DNA from: Mobula hypostoma
Lineage: Eukaryota
Direction: 5' to 3'
DNA: 64,000 bases
Assembly (NCBI RefSeq): GCF_963921235.1
Contig: NC_086097.1
Span: 200,138,001 to 200,202,000 of the forward strand
Below are positions 51,713 to 64,000 of this stretch, in pieces. Both the position numbers and the translations under genes were made by a program. Position 1 is the stretch's first letter, and each line of letters opens with the position of its first letter. Under the pieces are notes generated by a model. That model did no database searches and had not been told where the DNA came from. It saw only the letters and a program-made list of their open reading frames with translations.

Positions 51713-54446
51713 CTCTCAAGAGCACTTAGGGATGGGCATAAGGAAGTAAGTGACGGCCTTGTCAACAATACCCTGATCCTGAAAAGAAAGAGCAATGGAG
51801 GTGTGTATCATGAACAGATTGAAGTAAATGATAGAATCGGCAAGATGTGACCAGCATTTAGACCATTAACTTTTCATTTTAGGATGACCTCTATCATCCT
51901 CGCCACCTAATTAACCAAATCTTTCAGAGTCACATCAGAAAACCTGACAACTGAACTCATGTACATTTGAACATCTCTCCTTACCAGCTGCTACAACCTA
52001 TAAAATGGCTTCTGCCTTGAGTTCCAGCCACAGTGCACTTCCCCTTTAAGAACTGCAAGCATTCTTTAAACATCATTTGCTAGCTTTAAGAGATGGTCAT
52101 CCTAAGACTGAACCCCACATTTATGTATTGCAATAAATAACAATTAATACCGACCAGATACTGACACAATAATGAAGTCACAACATATTTGTGTGTCTGA
52201 CAACATTATAACGGTGCACTGCGATCAAAGCACACATTTCTATTACTATCCTGTTCAGCTCCAATATATTTGAATGCAATGCTAAATGCAGAATGTAGGT
52301 GCAATCTTTGTGGAAATGAATATTGTTTCCTGAAATATATCTTGTGCTGTAGGGCGTGGTGGAACTGGGGAGGTGATGGTAGGTACAGTGTGAAGGCAGA
52401 AGGGTTTGAATTAGAGGGAGCTATCCACGGAGATTAGAACACAAGAGTGTCTTTCAGAGTCTGTAACAATGAGTGTTGAGGTCTGCAATTGCAATGCAAT
52501 CTGTCAGTTTAACTGCTGATTTTCACAAATGATTTCACTTTGAAGGCAGTGGATTGCACATCACTTGTTTGAGCTGATTTGACCAAAGCTGATGGGGCAG
52601 ACACACATGAATATGGTAAATGATCAGCACTCAAGAACTGAACCTGTGGGCATCCTCCGAGCACATGGCAGGCAAGTTAAAGTGATAGTAATGAGCAAAT
52701 AGAATCAAAATTGTGCTCTGAAGCTAGACTCCCAAACAGACAACTTTTATCAGATAGAATTTTTTTAATCCCTCTGTCAGCATAGTTCCATCAGATTCCG
52801 TCAATATGGTTTTTGATCCAAGTAGTTTTGTATGCTGTCTGAAAACATATGATATATTTCAAATACAACCTTCTAGTTATTTGCCATATGGAAGGAAAGC
52901 CCAGAGGATGAGCTTGAAGAATCTTTTGTGTTTAGGGTAGGCTTGAAATTATCTATTGAACAAGATTGCATGATTTATGAAATAAGTAAAATCTGGGAAC
53001 TCTCAGCAACTAAAGAAACATTTTTGGTGAGAGAATAAGAGATAATATTTCAGATCGATGATCTTACTTCAGTGTGAAAGATGTTAAAAGATAAATAGCT
53101 TTTAAGTGAGTACACACCAGACAAAAGCTGTCTGGCCTAGAAATCTTAATGCAGACTAAAAGGGATGTTAGATGATTTTAGCCAGAGCTTGACAATGCTA
53201 ATTTCAGTAGCACCACTGGTCGTCGAATGTGCACCAGTCGGGAGCCAGACTAGGTCAGTGGGACCAACTGAGTGGTTGAGGGTGGTAAGGGGAAAAGAGT
53301 ACCAACAGCCAACGGCAAGGGGGATCTGGCCTGGGTTTGTAGGCAAGTAGAAATACCCCTGAGCAATGGTACGGTCAGAATAAAGTGGGTTATCAGTAGG
53401 CTGGATAGAGGTTTGGAGGTTAGGAGTGAAGGAAGTGCAATTAGAAATCAGAGAGCATGATTGGAGCCAAGAGTGTGTTAAGTAGATGGTTCAGGAGGGA
53501 GTGACATGCTACATGGATATTTTTTTCTGTTTCAGAGCTTGGACTGGCAAGTCAGGATGGTTAATAGCACATGGAGTTAAGTTCTGCATTTTGTGAAGAG
53601 GCTACAATCAAAGATCACTATGACACGTAGCAAGGTTCAAACTGAGGGCTGCACTGTGAAGATATAGATATCCTGAAACAAGCTAGTTTAATTTGTTCAG
53701 CAGTGCTCCAAAAGTAGCCAAGCACAGGGATTAAAATCAACCTCTGTGTAACTGATGTGAAAGTCATTTGTACAACGGTTGTCACAACCAGAAGTGTGCT
53801 GTTTAATTTCCAGATCGGAGCAATGCACCCCTGAAATGGTCATAATTACAGCCTACTCCAGAAAAAATACAAATGGTTTTCAGGCACAGAGTGACAAAAG
53901 AAATAACCTCATGTGTGAAATTATAGGCCACAACTTCTTATTGACATGAATCTGCACCTTTGCTTTCAATATATCTCCACAGCTAGTGCTAGAATTATGA
54001 TTTTAGCATTTCCCTCCCTTGTTTCAGTTCCAGGATCCATGAATCTTCTCTTCAGTTTTGTGTGACGTAACATTTGGAAATTGTAGCTCATCATCCACAG
54101 CAAAAGCTCAGTCACTATTGGGTAGCAAACAGTCGAAATGCTTATGTCAAGAATTTTCAATCCATTCTGATACTTCATGAAATTCAAGGATAATGGAAAC
54201 ATGAATTAAAAGCAAATATTGTTGCAAACATTTAGTGGATCAGGCTTTGACCTGAAACATTAATGCTTTTGTCTTTCCACAGATACCACCCAAATTGCTG
54301 AGTAGATCCAGCGTTATATTTTTAAGATTCTTATTTGAGCCACAGAAAAATTAAGTAATGTTATACAAAACCACTGCATACATTTCTACATACCCATACT
54401 TGTCTTCTCACCAAAATCATCAACTATTGTTTCAGATTTAACTCAT

Positions 54447-56630
54447 ACATAGAACATAGAATAGTACAGCACAGTACAGGCTCTTTGGCTCACATTGTTG
54501 TGCTGACCCTCAAACCCTGCCTCCCATATAATTCCCCACCTTAAATTCCTCCATATATCTGTCTAGTAGTCTCTTAAATTTCACTAGTGTATCTGCCTCC
54601 ACCACTGACTCAGGCAGTGCATTCCACACAGCAACCACTCTCTGAGTAAAAAACCTTCCTCGAATATCCCCCTTGAACTTCCCACCCCTTACCTTAAAGC
54701 CATGTCCCCTTGTATTGAGCAGTGGTGCCCTGGGGAAGAGGCACTGGCTGTCCACTTTATCTATTAATATCTTGTATACCTCTATCATGTCTCCTCCCAT
54801 CCCCCTTCTCTCCAAAGAGTAAAGCCCCAGCTCCCTTAATCTCTGATCATAATCCATACTCTCTAGACCAGGCAGCATCCTGGTAAATCTCCTCTGTACC
54901 CTTTCCAATGCTTCCACATCCTTCCTATAGTCAGGCGACCAGAACTGGACACAGTACTCCAAGTATGGCCTAACCAGAGTTTTATAGAGCTGCATCATTA
55001 CATCGTGACTCTTAAACTCTATCCCTCGATTTATGAAAGCTAACGCCCCATAAGCTTTCTTAACTACTCTATCCACCTGTGAGGCAACTTTCAGGGATCT
55101 CTGGACATATACCCCTAGATCCCTCTGCTCCTCCACACTACCAAGTATCCTGCCATTTACTTTGTACTCTGCCTTGGAGTTTGTCCTTCCAAAGTGTACC
55201 ACCTCACACTTCTCCGGGTTGAACTCCATCTGCCACTTCTCAGCCCAGTTCTGCAACCTATCAATGTCTCTCTGCAATCTTTGACAATCCTCTACACTAT
55301 CTACAACACCACCAACCTTTGTGTCATCTGCAAACTTGCCAACCTACCCTTCTACCCCCACATCCAGGTCGTTAATAAAAATCACAAAAAGTAGAGGTCC
55401 CAGAACTGATCCTCTTGGGACACCACTCGTCACAACCCTCCAATCTGAATGTACTCCCTCCACCACGACACTCTGCCCTCTGCAGGCAAGCCAATTCTGA
55501 ATCCACCTGGCCAAACTTCCCTGAATCCCATGCCATCTGACTTTCTCAACAAGCCTACCATGTGGAACCTTGTCAAATGCCTTACTAAAATCCATATAAA
55601 TCACATCCACTGCACTACCCTCATCTATATGCCTGGTCACCTCCTCAAAGAACTCTAACAGGCTTACTAGAAATGATCTGCCCATCACAAAGCCATGCTG
55701 ACTGTCCCTGATCAGACCATGATTCTCTAAATGCCTATAGATCCTATCTCTAAGAATCTTTTCCAACAGCTTTCCCACCACAGACGTAAGGCTCACTGGT
55801 CTATAATTACCCGGACTATCCCTACTACCTTTTTTGAACAAGGGGACAACATTCGCCTCCCTCCAATCCTCCGGTATCATTCCCATAGACAACGAGGACA
55901 TAAGGATCCTAGCCAGAAGCTCAGCAATCTCTTCCCTCGCCTTGTGGAACAGCCTGGGGAATATTCCGTCCGGCCCCAGGAACATACCCGTCCTAATGTA
56001 TTTTAACAACTCCAACACCTCCTCTCCCTTAATATCAACATGCTCCAGAACATCAACCTCACTCATATTATCCTTACCGTCATCAAGTTCCCTCTCATTG
56101 GTGAATACCGAAGAGAAGTATTCACTGAGGACCTCGCTTACTTCCACAGCCTTCAGGCACATGTTCCCACCTTTATCCCTAATCGGTCCTACCTTCACGC
56201 CTGTTATCCTTTTGTTCTTCACATAATTGAAGAATGCCTTGGGGTTTTCCTTTACCCTACTCGCCAAGGCCTTCTCATGCCCCCTTCTTGCTCTTCTCAG
56301 CCCCTTCTTAAGCTCCTTTCTTGCTTCCCTATATTCCTCAATAGACCCATCTGATCCCTGCTACCTAAACCTCATGTATGCTGCCTTCTTCCACCTGACT
56401 AGATTTTCCACCTCACTTGTCACCCATGGTTCCCTCACCCTACCATTCTTTATCTTCCTCATCGGGACAAGTTTATCCCTAACATCCTGCAAGAGATCTC
56501 TAAACATCGACCACATGCCCATAGTACATTTCCCTGCAAAAACATCATCCCAATTCACACCCGCAAGTTCTAGCCTTATAGCCTCATAATTTGCCCTTCC
56601 CCAATTAAAAATTTTCCTGTCCTCTCTGAT
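54447..56630 (-). mobile_element. CR1 LINE, 5'-truncated (ORF2 RT)
   Basis: ORFs 56361..56558, 55344..56267, 54510..55277; CATAGAA tail. Confidence 0.96.
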
Positions 56631-57518
56631 GCAAATTCTGATTCACACTGCAAGTAAAGCCTAAACCAAGGAATTACTTTGTTTCCTTTTAATGTATGTT
56701 TGATCTATGGGTGAATTTGACAAGTGATATGTATTGCCAATTCGAAGCACAAGAAATTCACCCATTTCCAACTGCCCCGAGAAAGTGAGCAGCATTTGTG
56801 AACTGCTTGAAAATTATGATTAAATTGACTCACTGAATATGAAAAACAGTTCAAATCTGAATATTGTGCAACTTCAGGGTGTTAGGGCTATGAGATCACA
56901 GTGATATTTCTTATCTTATTTCTCTTATTTTGTAACACCTCAGAAGGAACCCATTTAGCCCATCGAGTCTGTGCTGATTCTCAGTGTATTTCCATCGCCC
57001 CATTCCCCAACTTATTTCCCTGTAGCTTATTCTATTTCATACATCCATCATCTTCCTCCTGACTCTGCTGCAACCATTTAATCTGTAGGAGGATGTAAAC
57101 CTGCCTATATGATGTATAAAAAAAACAAAATGCCCTACATGGCAAGAAGGGGAATATTCAATCATCACACAAATAACAGTCTAGATTAGGAACAAACTCA
57201 AGCTGCTGAAGATGTGTGACAGCAGCACTAACCCTTGCACTTTTGTGCTTCCTTTTTGAAAGACCACAAGGAAACTAGATGCTGATGAAGCAGACATAGG
57301 GAGCTACATCCTGTATAGGATATTCAGAGTTGTGAATACTGGGTCAATGTTATTGTACTTGCAAAAATCTATTGGATTAATGAGTATCCCATCACACTCC
57401 CGACTTAACATGACAGAAGGACTTTAAAAGATTTGGAAATAAACTTCTCATTGGCACTGGGCCAAAGGCCAAAAGGAACTCGTGAGGTTGTGGTGAGTGA
57501 TCTGCAACATCACAGCTA

Positions 57519-59801
57519 CAGTGCCTTGAAAAAGCATTCAGTCCCACAACTATTTTAATATTTTACTGTTTCGTTTCCTAAATTTAAAACATATTGAAGT
57601 AGATTTTCTAAGCTAATCTACGAAACATTGTGCATCATGTCAAATCAAAAGAAAAATTCCAAAGCCTGTCAGCAATTGACTAAAACTTAAAACACAAACT
57701 TGTGAGGCTGATAGAGTACTCATCCCCTTTGTTAGGAGCTGGTGGTAGACCTGAGGAGAGCTAAGGTACCGGTGACCCCTGTTTCCATCCAGGGGGTCAG
57801 AGTGGACATGATGGAGGGTTACAAATACCTGGGGATACGAATTGACAATAAACTGGACTGGTCTAAGAACACTGAGGCTGTCTACAATAAGGGTCAGAGC
57901 TGTCTCTATTTCCTGAGGAGAATGAGGTCATTTAACATCTGCCAGACAATGCCGAGGATGTTCTACGAGTCTGTGGTGGCCAGTGCTATCATGTTTGCTG
58001 TTGTGTGCTGGGGCAGCAGGTTGAGGGTAGCAGACACCAACAGAATCAACAAACTCATTCGTAAGGCCAGTGATGTTGTGGGGATGGAACTGGACTCTCT
58101 CACGGTGGTGTCTGAAAGGAGGATGCTGTCCAAGTTGCATGCCATCTTGGTCAATGTCTCCCATCCACTACATGATGTACTGGGTGGGCACAGGAGTACG
58201 TTCAGCCAGAGACTCATTCCTCCGAGATGCAGCACAGAGCGTCATAGGAAGTTATTCTTGCCTGTGGCCATCAAACTTTACAACTCCTCCTTTGGAGGGT
58301 CAGACATCCTGAGCCGATAGGCTGGTCCTGGACTTATTTCATAATTTACTGGCATAATTTACATATTACTATTTAACTATTTATGGTTCTATTACTATTT
58401 ATCATTTATAGTGCAAATGTAACGAAAACCAATTTCCCCCGGGATCAATAAAGTATGACTATGACTATGACTAATACTTACACTTGAATTTCCTCAGAAG
58501 AAATAATTGTATCACCTTACCAACTCATCCAACCTGTTGATGTAGAAAATTGGAGGATCACCTGTTTTCAAAGAACTCATAAAAATAGATACCCCCTCTC
58601 CCTGTAACATCTAACAGTATGATAGATTTTCAACAGACTAAACTAAAATGAAGACAAAAGAGCATTCGAGACAAGTCAGGGAAATGACGATAGAGAGGCA
58701 CAAATCTCTGGAAGACTACAAGACCATCTCAAAGGCACTGAACATAACTCATAGCTTGAAGCAGTCCACCGTGAAACCACAGCCCCACAGCCACACCGCC
58801 TCGGTTAGGCCATCCCTCTAAACTTATTCGGCTGAAAAGAATGGCACTTGTAAGAGAGGTTACCGTGATGCCCACAGTCACTCTGAGTGAGCTGCAGAAG
58901 TCAGTGGCTGCAATTAGAGGTGAAATTAATGGCTCCAAAATTTCTAAGGTCTTGCACAATAAGGGTATTTATGGAAAAGTGGCAATGAAGAAGCCCCAGC
59001 TAAAAGAAAAGCATATCTTTACTTGTAAAGACTTTGCAAACTGTCACTTAGAAAGTACTATAAAGAAGTGGAAGAAGGTCTTGAGGTCAGATGAGACTAA
59101 AATGGAAGTTTTTGGCCTCAACACTAAGTGCTACTAAGTATGGTGGAGCAAGCATCATACTACGAGGATGCTTTTCAGCAGCAGGAACTGAAATTCTGGT
59201 CAGGATTGACAGAAAGATGAATGCTGATAAATACAGAGAGATCCTGGAGAAAAAACCAATAGCCTCTGTCAGAAAGCTTACACTGTGGAGGAAGCTTGTC
59301 TTTCAGTCGGACAACAGTCCAAAGCACACTGCCAGAACAACTGTGGAGTGGCTTCAAATGAAGAAAATTGATGTCCTCGAGTGGCCCAGCCAGAGTCCTG
59401 ACCTTAACCTAATCCACTATCTCTGGCAAGACCTCAAGATTACTGTCCACTGTGGCTCCCCAACTAACCTGGCAGAGCTTGAGCAATTTTGCAAGGAGGA
59501 ATGGGCAAACCTTGTGCAAAGCTTATAGACATCCAAAAAGACTACTGGCTGTAATAGTTGTGAGAGGTAGTTCAACTAAGTACTGAGCAAAGAGGAATGA
59601 ATACTTTTGAACTGCAGACATTTCAATTCCTGATGGGTTTTTTTTGTTTTTCATCCTTTAAAATTTTCCCTATTTTTTGAGCTCCACTGTGAAAAAATGA
59701 GCATGCGATTCCAAATAAGAATTCTCATTTAAATTGATCAAAATCCCTGGTTGTAATACTCATTTATATGAACAAACAGTTAGGGTCTGAACAAGGTATT
59801 G
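57519..59801 (+). mobile_element. Tc1-family DNA transposon, pseudogenised (transposase about 58648-59585)
   Basis: TA|CAGTGCCTTGAAAAAG left TIR; MKTKEHS start, SDETK, FQ.DN.PKH, WPSQSPDLN; inner direct-repeat remnants near 57714 and 59590; right TIR decayed. Confidence 0.9.
57735..58472 (+). mobile_element. Rex1/Babar LINE 3' fragment inserted in the Tc1 left terminus
   Basis: ORF 57742..58320 (YKYLG, LYFLRR.RSFN, FLPVAIKLYN); AATAAAG plus (TATGAC)3 tail. Confidence 0.9.
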
Positions 59802-60071
59802 TGTCTTTTAAAACAGGGAGCAGTAGACACTCATAAAGTTTAACTCCAATGGCTCATTAAGCAAAATCTCAAATTTTGTAACAGAGTACAAATTTTTTCC
59901 ATAGATAATTAGGATTTAGTAATATGGAGTGTGATATCAATTTGGCAGGGAAAAATTAAAAATAAAACATTATATAAGTGGTGAACAGCAGCAGTGCCCT
60001 GAGATGCAGAGCTTCCCTGTGCAAGATTCATACAAAGCTAGTATGAAGGTACAGTAAGTAATTAGGAATGT

Positions 60072-60650
60072 CAGAATCAGGTTTATTATCACCGGCATGT
60101 GACGTGAAATTTGTTAACTTAGCAGCAGCAGTTCAATGCAATACATAATCTAGCAGGGAGAGAGAAAAAAATAATAATAAATAAAATAAAACATAATAAA
60201 TAAGAAGTAAGTCAATTACGTATATTGAATAGATTATTTAAAAATGTGCAAAAACAGAAGTACTGTATATTAAAAAAGTGAGGTAGTGTTCATGGGTTCA
60301 ATGTCCATTTAGGTATCAGATGGCAGAGGGGAAGAAGCTGTTCCTGAATCGCTGAGTGTGTGCCTTCAGGCTTCTGTATCTCCTACCTGATGGTAACAGT
60401 GAGAAAAGGGAAGCCCTGGGTGCTGGAGGTCTTTAATAATGGATGCTACCTTTCTGAGACACCGCTCCCTAAAGATGTCCTGGATACTCTGTAGGTTAGT
60501 GCCCAAGATGGAGCTGACTAGATTTACAACCATTTGCAGCTTCTTTTGGTCCTGTGTAGCAGCCCCTCCATACCAGATAGTGATGCAGCCTGTCAGAATG
60601 CTCTCCATGGTGCTGCTATAGAAGTTATTGAGTGCATTTGTTGACATGCT
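60072..60650 (-). mobile_element. Rex1/Babar-type LINE 3' fragment
   Basis: NFYSSTMESILTGCITIWYG ORF; AATAAACCTGATTCTGA tail on the minus strand. Confidence 0.88.
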
Positions 60651-61174
60651 AAACAGAATATTATTAATTATTGCCCTTGGGATTGAAAACACAAGTGAGG
60701 AACATTTCCTTCAGCTATATAGGGAACTATGATACCATGTCTGGAGTACTGTCTATTGCTTTGCTCTCCTTGCTTAAGGATGTTTGTGTTAGAAGAAGTT
60801 TTCCTGGACAGATACTCAGAATAGATGAATTTTCTTGTGTATTAGGTCAGTGAACTGTTTCCAGCATTGTTTGATTTTGACATAAACAATAAATGCTGGA
60901 CTTTCCACATCTTGTATAAGATTAAATAACTTTATTTTTCTCCTGTTAACTGCCACATCACTTTCCTTTACACATCTGAAGAGTGTGAAAGATATTTGCA
61001 TATTGCCATGAACAGAAGCTGTAGTAATATTGAACAGGTGGAATGAGCAACCAATTTCTATGCAGTGGAAGCACTCTGGCACCGTCAAGAGCAGTGAGAA
61101 CAATAATGTATCTCTTTAGCTAATAATGGTTAAAGGATTAAGAAGTGTTAGTGGTGGGTGAGGAATGAGAAAGA

Positions 61175-62210
61175 CTAATTAGGAGGTTAAATAATGGGAA
61201 TAAAGGGGGTGTTTTCCGGTTGGCTCCTGGAGAGTGGTGATGTTCTCTAAGGGTTGCAGTTGGGTCTTATGCTTTTCACATTACATGTTAATGATCATGA
61301 TTAGCAAATTAATAGCTGTGTGGCCAAGCATGCAGAGAAAATAAAGGTAGGCGGAGGAGCAGGTAGTGCTGAGGAAGTGTGGAGTCTGTAGAAAGACTTG
61401 GGTAGATTTAAAAAATGGGCAAAGAAGTGGCACATAGAATACTGTGTGAGGAAGTGTATGGTCATGCACTTTGGTTGAAGGAATAAAGATGTAGACTATT
61501 TTCTAAATGGGGTGCCAATTCAAAAATGAGAAGTGTAAAGGGGCTTGAGAGCCCTAGTACAGGATTTCCTGGTTTATTTTGGTAGTAAGAAAAATAAATG
61601 CAATATTAACACGCATTTTGAGAGGACTATAATATAAAAACAAGGATTTAATGCTGAGGTTTTATAAGGCATTACCCAGACCACTTTTGAGTATTGTGAG
61701 CAGTTTTGGGGCCCATATCTAAGAAACAGTGACCTGGCATTGGACGTTTGAGAATGACCCCAAAATGGAAATGGTAATCCCAGAATGAAAGGGTTAATGT
61801 ATGAGATATAAAGTAATGACTCTAGGCCTACACTTTGAAAAAGTCATGGGGGGGGGGGTAATCTTATTGAAACCTACCAAATATTGAAAGGCCTAGATAG
61901 TGTGGACATGGGGAAGATATTGACAATAGTGAAAAAGGCTAGGACCAGGGGGCACAGCCTCGGAATATAAGTATGTTCCCTTACAAGAGAGGTGAAGAAG
62001 AATTTCTTTAACCACAAATGCCTGTGAAGGCCAGGTCATTAGGTATATTTAAAATGGAGGCTGACAGAATCTTGATTAGTAAGGGCATTCAAAGTTACAG
62101 GGAGAAGGCGGGAGAAGAGGATTGAGAGGGAAAGTCAATCAAGCATGATCAAATGGTGGAGAAGACTCGATAGGCTGAATGGCCTATCTTATGTGTCATG
62201 ATCTTGTGGT
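61175..62210 (+). mobile_element. Old degenerate CR1 3' portion
   Basis: Recognisable CR1 RT/thumb and 3' UTR with many frameshifts. Confidence 0.8.
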
Positions 62211-63054
62211 TTTAATTATAAAATGGATAATTCAATGTTAATTCGGGTACAGTATGGAAAATAAAATGTGGGAAAGGACCAAGGGGGAAACCAAGAAAAA
62301 TAAATTAAGAAGTAGTATTTTGAAGATGTTTACTTGAACTTGTCTCCAAAAACAATCTGCAGCCTGAAGGAATAAGACTCCACACTGCCAACTGCTCAAT
62401 TTCTGGGCAAGAGAAGTTGTTTGAAGGCTATTAACAATTATCTTTTTAATTGTTGCTATTACAACGTAAGCTGCTAATTACTTGATTTAACTTTCTGTGG
62501 TGATTTTAATGCATCAGATTCGTGCACCCCATTGTGAGGTTAAGAATATTAAAACCTTAAGGATAATTAGTGTGTTAATTGGGTTGCGACTCATCTCTTT
62601 CTTTTATCAAATTCCAAGGTTATATTAATTCATTGATTTTTTTTTGCACAGCAGTCTTTACTCTCTTTCTGCATCAGGCATTGGAATCATTGAAGAAGAA
62701 AGCCCTTGGAAATGACAACTGTGACATGGGCTCTCAGTGAAGAATGGAAAGTAAAATGCATTTTGTGATTTCTACTTTAGTGGTATGGCTTTTGATCCAT
62801 TACTTTGATGTTCCACTGTGCCACAAATAGTATTGTCTTTGGCCAAGTCAGTCAAACACTTGGTTGATGAGAACACCATGTCACCTTCAGAACTTCAATC
62901 AGAATTTAAAAAAAAGGTTTACTTGATGTCAGATTAAACACTCTGTGCTGTGGTTTTTAATCTACAGGGTCTTTAGGATTTGCACATTGAACCAATTTCG
63001 TGGCGACAGCAGCCTCTGTAGCTCCCTATAATTTTAATTCCAACAGGCCTATTT

Positions 63055-63640
63055 TATACTAGCATTTTATACTAGAAGAGATTTGACAAGTCAACAAATA
63101 CACTCAAAAACTTCTATAGTTGCACCATGGAGAGCATTCTGACAGGCTGCATCACTGTCTGGTATGGAGGGGCTACTGCACAGGACCGAAAGAAGCTGCA
63201 GAAGGTTGTAAATCTAGTCAGCTCCATCTTGGGCAGTAGCCTACATAGTACCCAGGACATCTTCAGGGAGCGGTGTCTCAGAAAGGCAGCGTCCATTATT
63301 AAGGACCTCCAGCAGCCAAGGCATACCCTTTTCTCACTGTTACCATCAGGTAGGAGGTACAGAATCCTGAAGGCACACCCTCAGCGATTCAGGAACAGCT
63401 TCTTCCCCTCTGCCATCTGGTTCCTAAATGAACATTGACTCTTTGGACACTACCTCACTTTTTTAATATACAGTATTTCTGTTTTTGCATGTTTTTTAAT
63501 CTATTCAATATACATAATTGATTTACTTCTTTATTATTTTTATTTTTTTTCTTTGCTAGATTATGTATTGCATTGAACTGCTGCTGCTAAGTTAACAAAT
63601 TTCATTTCATATGTCATTGATAATAAACCTGATTCTGATT
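63055..63640 (+). mobile_element. Rex1/Babar-type LINE 3' fragment (same family as 60072-60650)
   Basis: ORF 63127..63438 (ESILTGCITVWYG, LPSGRRY, NSFFPSAI); AATAAACCTGATTCTGATTC tail. Confidence 0.9.
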
Positions 63641-64000
63641 CATTCTAATCTGCTCGGTAGCAGAGACTAGAGTTCAATATAACAATAATATTTCAGTCAA
63701 TAATTTTCATGTCTGCGCCTGTTCTGTTCATTTTGTATTCATTAATTTTATTGATCTCTGACTCTTTGGTCATTTAGCCGAGAATAAAATTAAATAGAAT
63801 ATTGGAACTAACTTTATCAATAATAGTTAGGAAATACTTCCATGAGCAAAAGGACATAAAAGTTTTAGTCTTATTCTCAAAGCTCTTAATTCCATTTAGA
63901 CAAAAATCTATTTAAGTTGCATTTATTTTTGGAGTACAAGTCATCTACTGAAAGAAATAATATTGTGTATGTGAATACAGTGATACAGTAAGCTCAAAAG

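Noticed and set aside
40680..64000. KCNQ3 exon 1 or a CpG-island promoter
   Set aside because: No matching N-terminal coding sequence or CpG island seen; short alternative exons cannot be excluded.

Overview
Vertebrate genomic DNA, very likely a cartilaginous fish such as a batoid ray (inferred from the CR1/Penelope/Rex repeat landscape, not proven). The window lies within a minus-strand KCNQ3 (Kv7.3, M-channel) gene. Five coding exons with GT-AG boundaries were read by hand, equivalent to human exons 2-6 (91, 127, 173, 141, 111 bp; S1 to S6). Exon 1 (beyond 64000) and exon 7 onward (before 1) were not found. The introns are dominated by transposons: many CR1 LINEs (one near full-length with esterase ORF1), a two-LTR Gmr1-like Gypsy element (integrase upstream of RT), nested solo LTRs, Buster/Charlie-type hAT remnants, a composite hAT-in-hAT element present twice, a Tc1 element, Rex/Babar fragments, SINEs and Penelope pLTR fragments. 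Highlights: (1) this KCNQ3 naturally has Thr at the pore position equal to human A315, plus other changes at functionally studied sites; (2) an intact minimal hammerhead ribozyme lies sense to the pre-mRNA in intron 3; (3) near-identical inverted CR1 copies flank exons 4-5; (4) several nested insertion histories can be reconstructed from TSDs. TE boundaries without a stated TSD or TIR are approximate.
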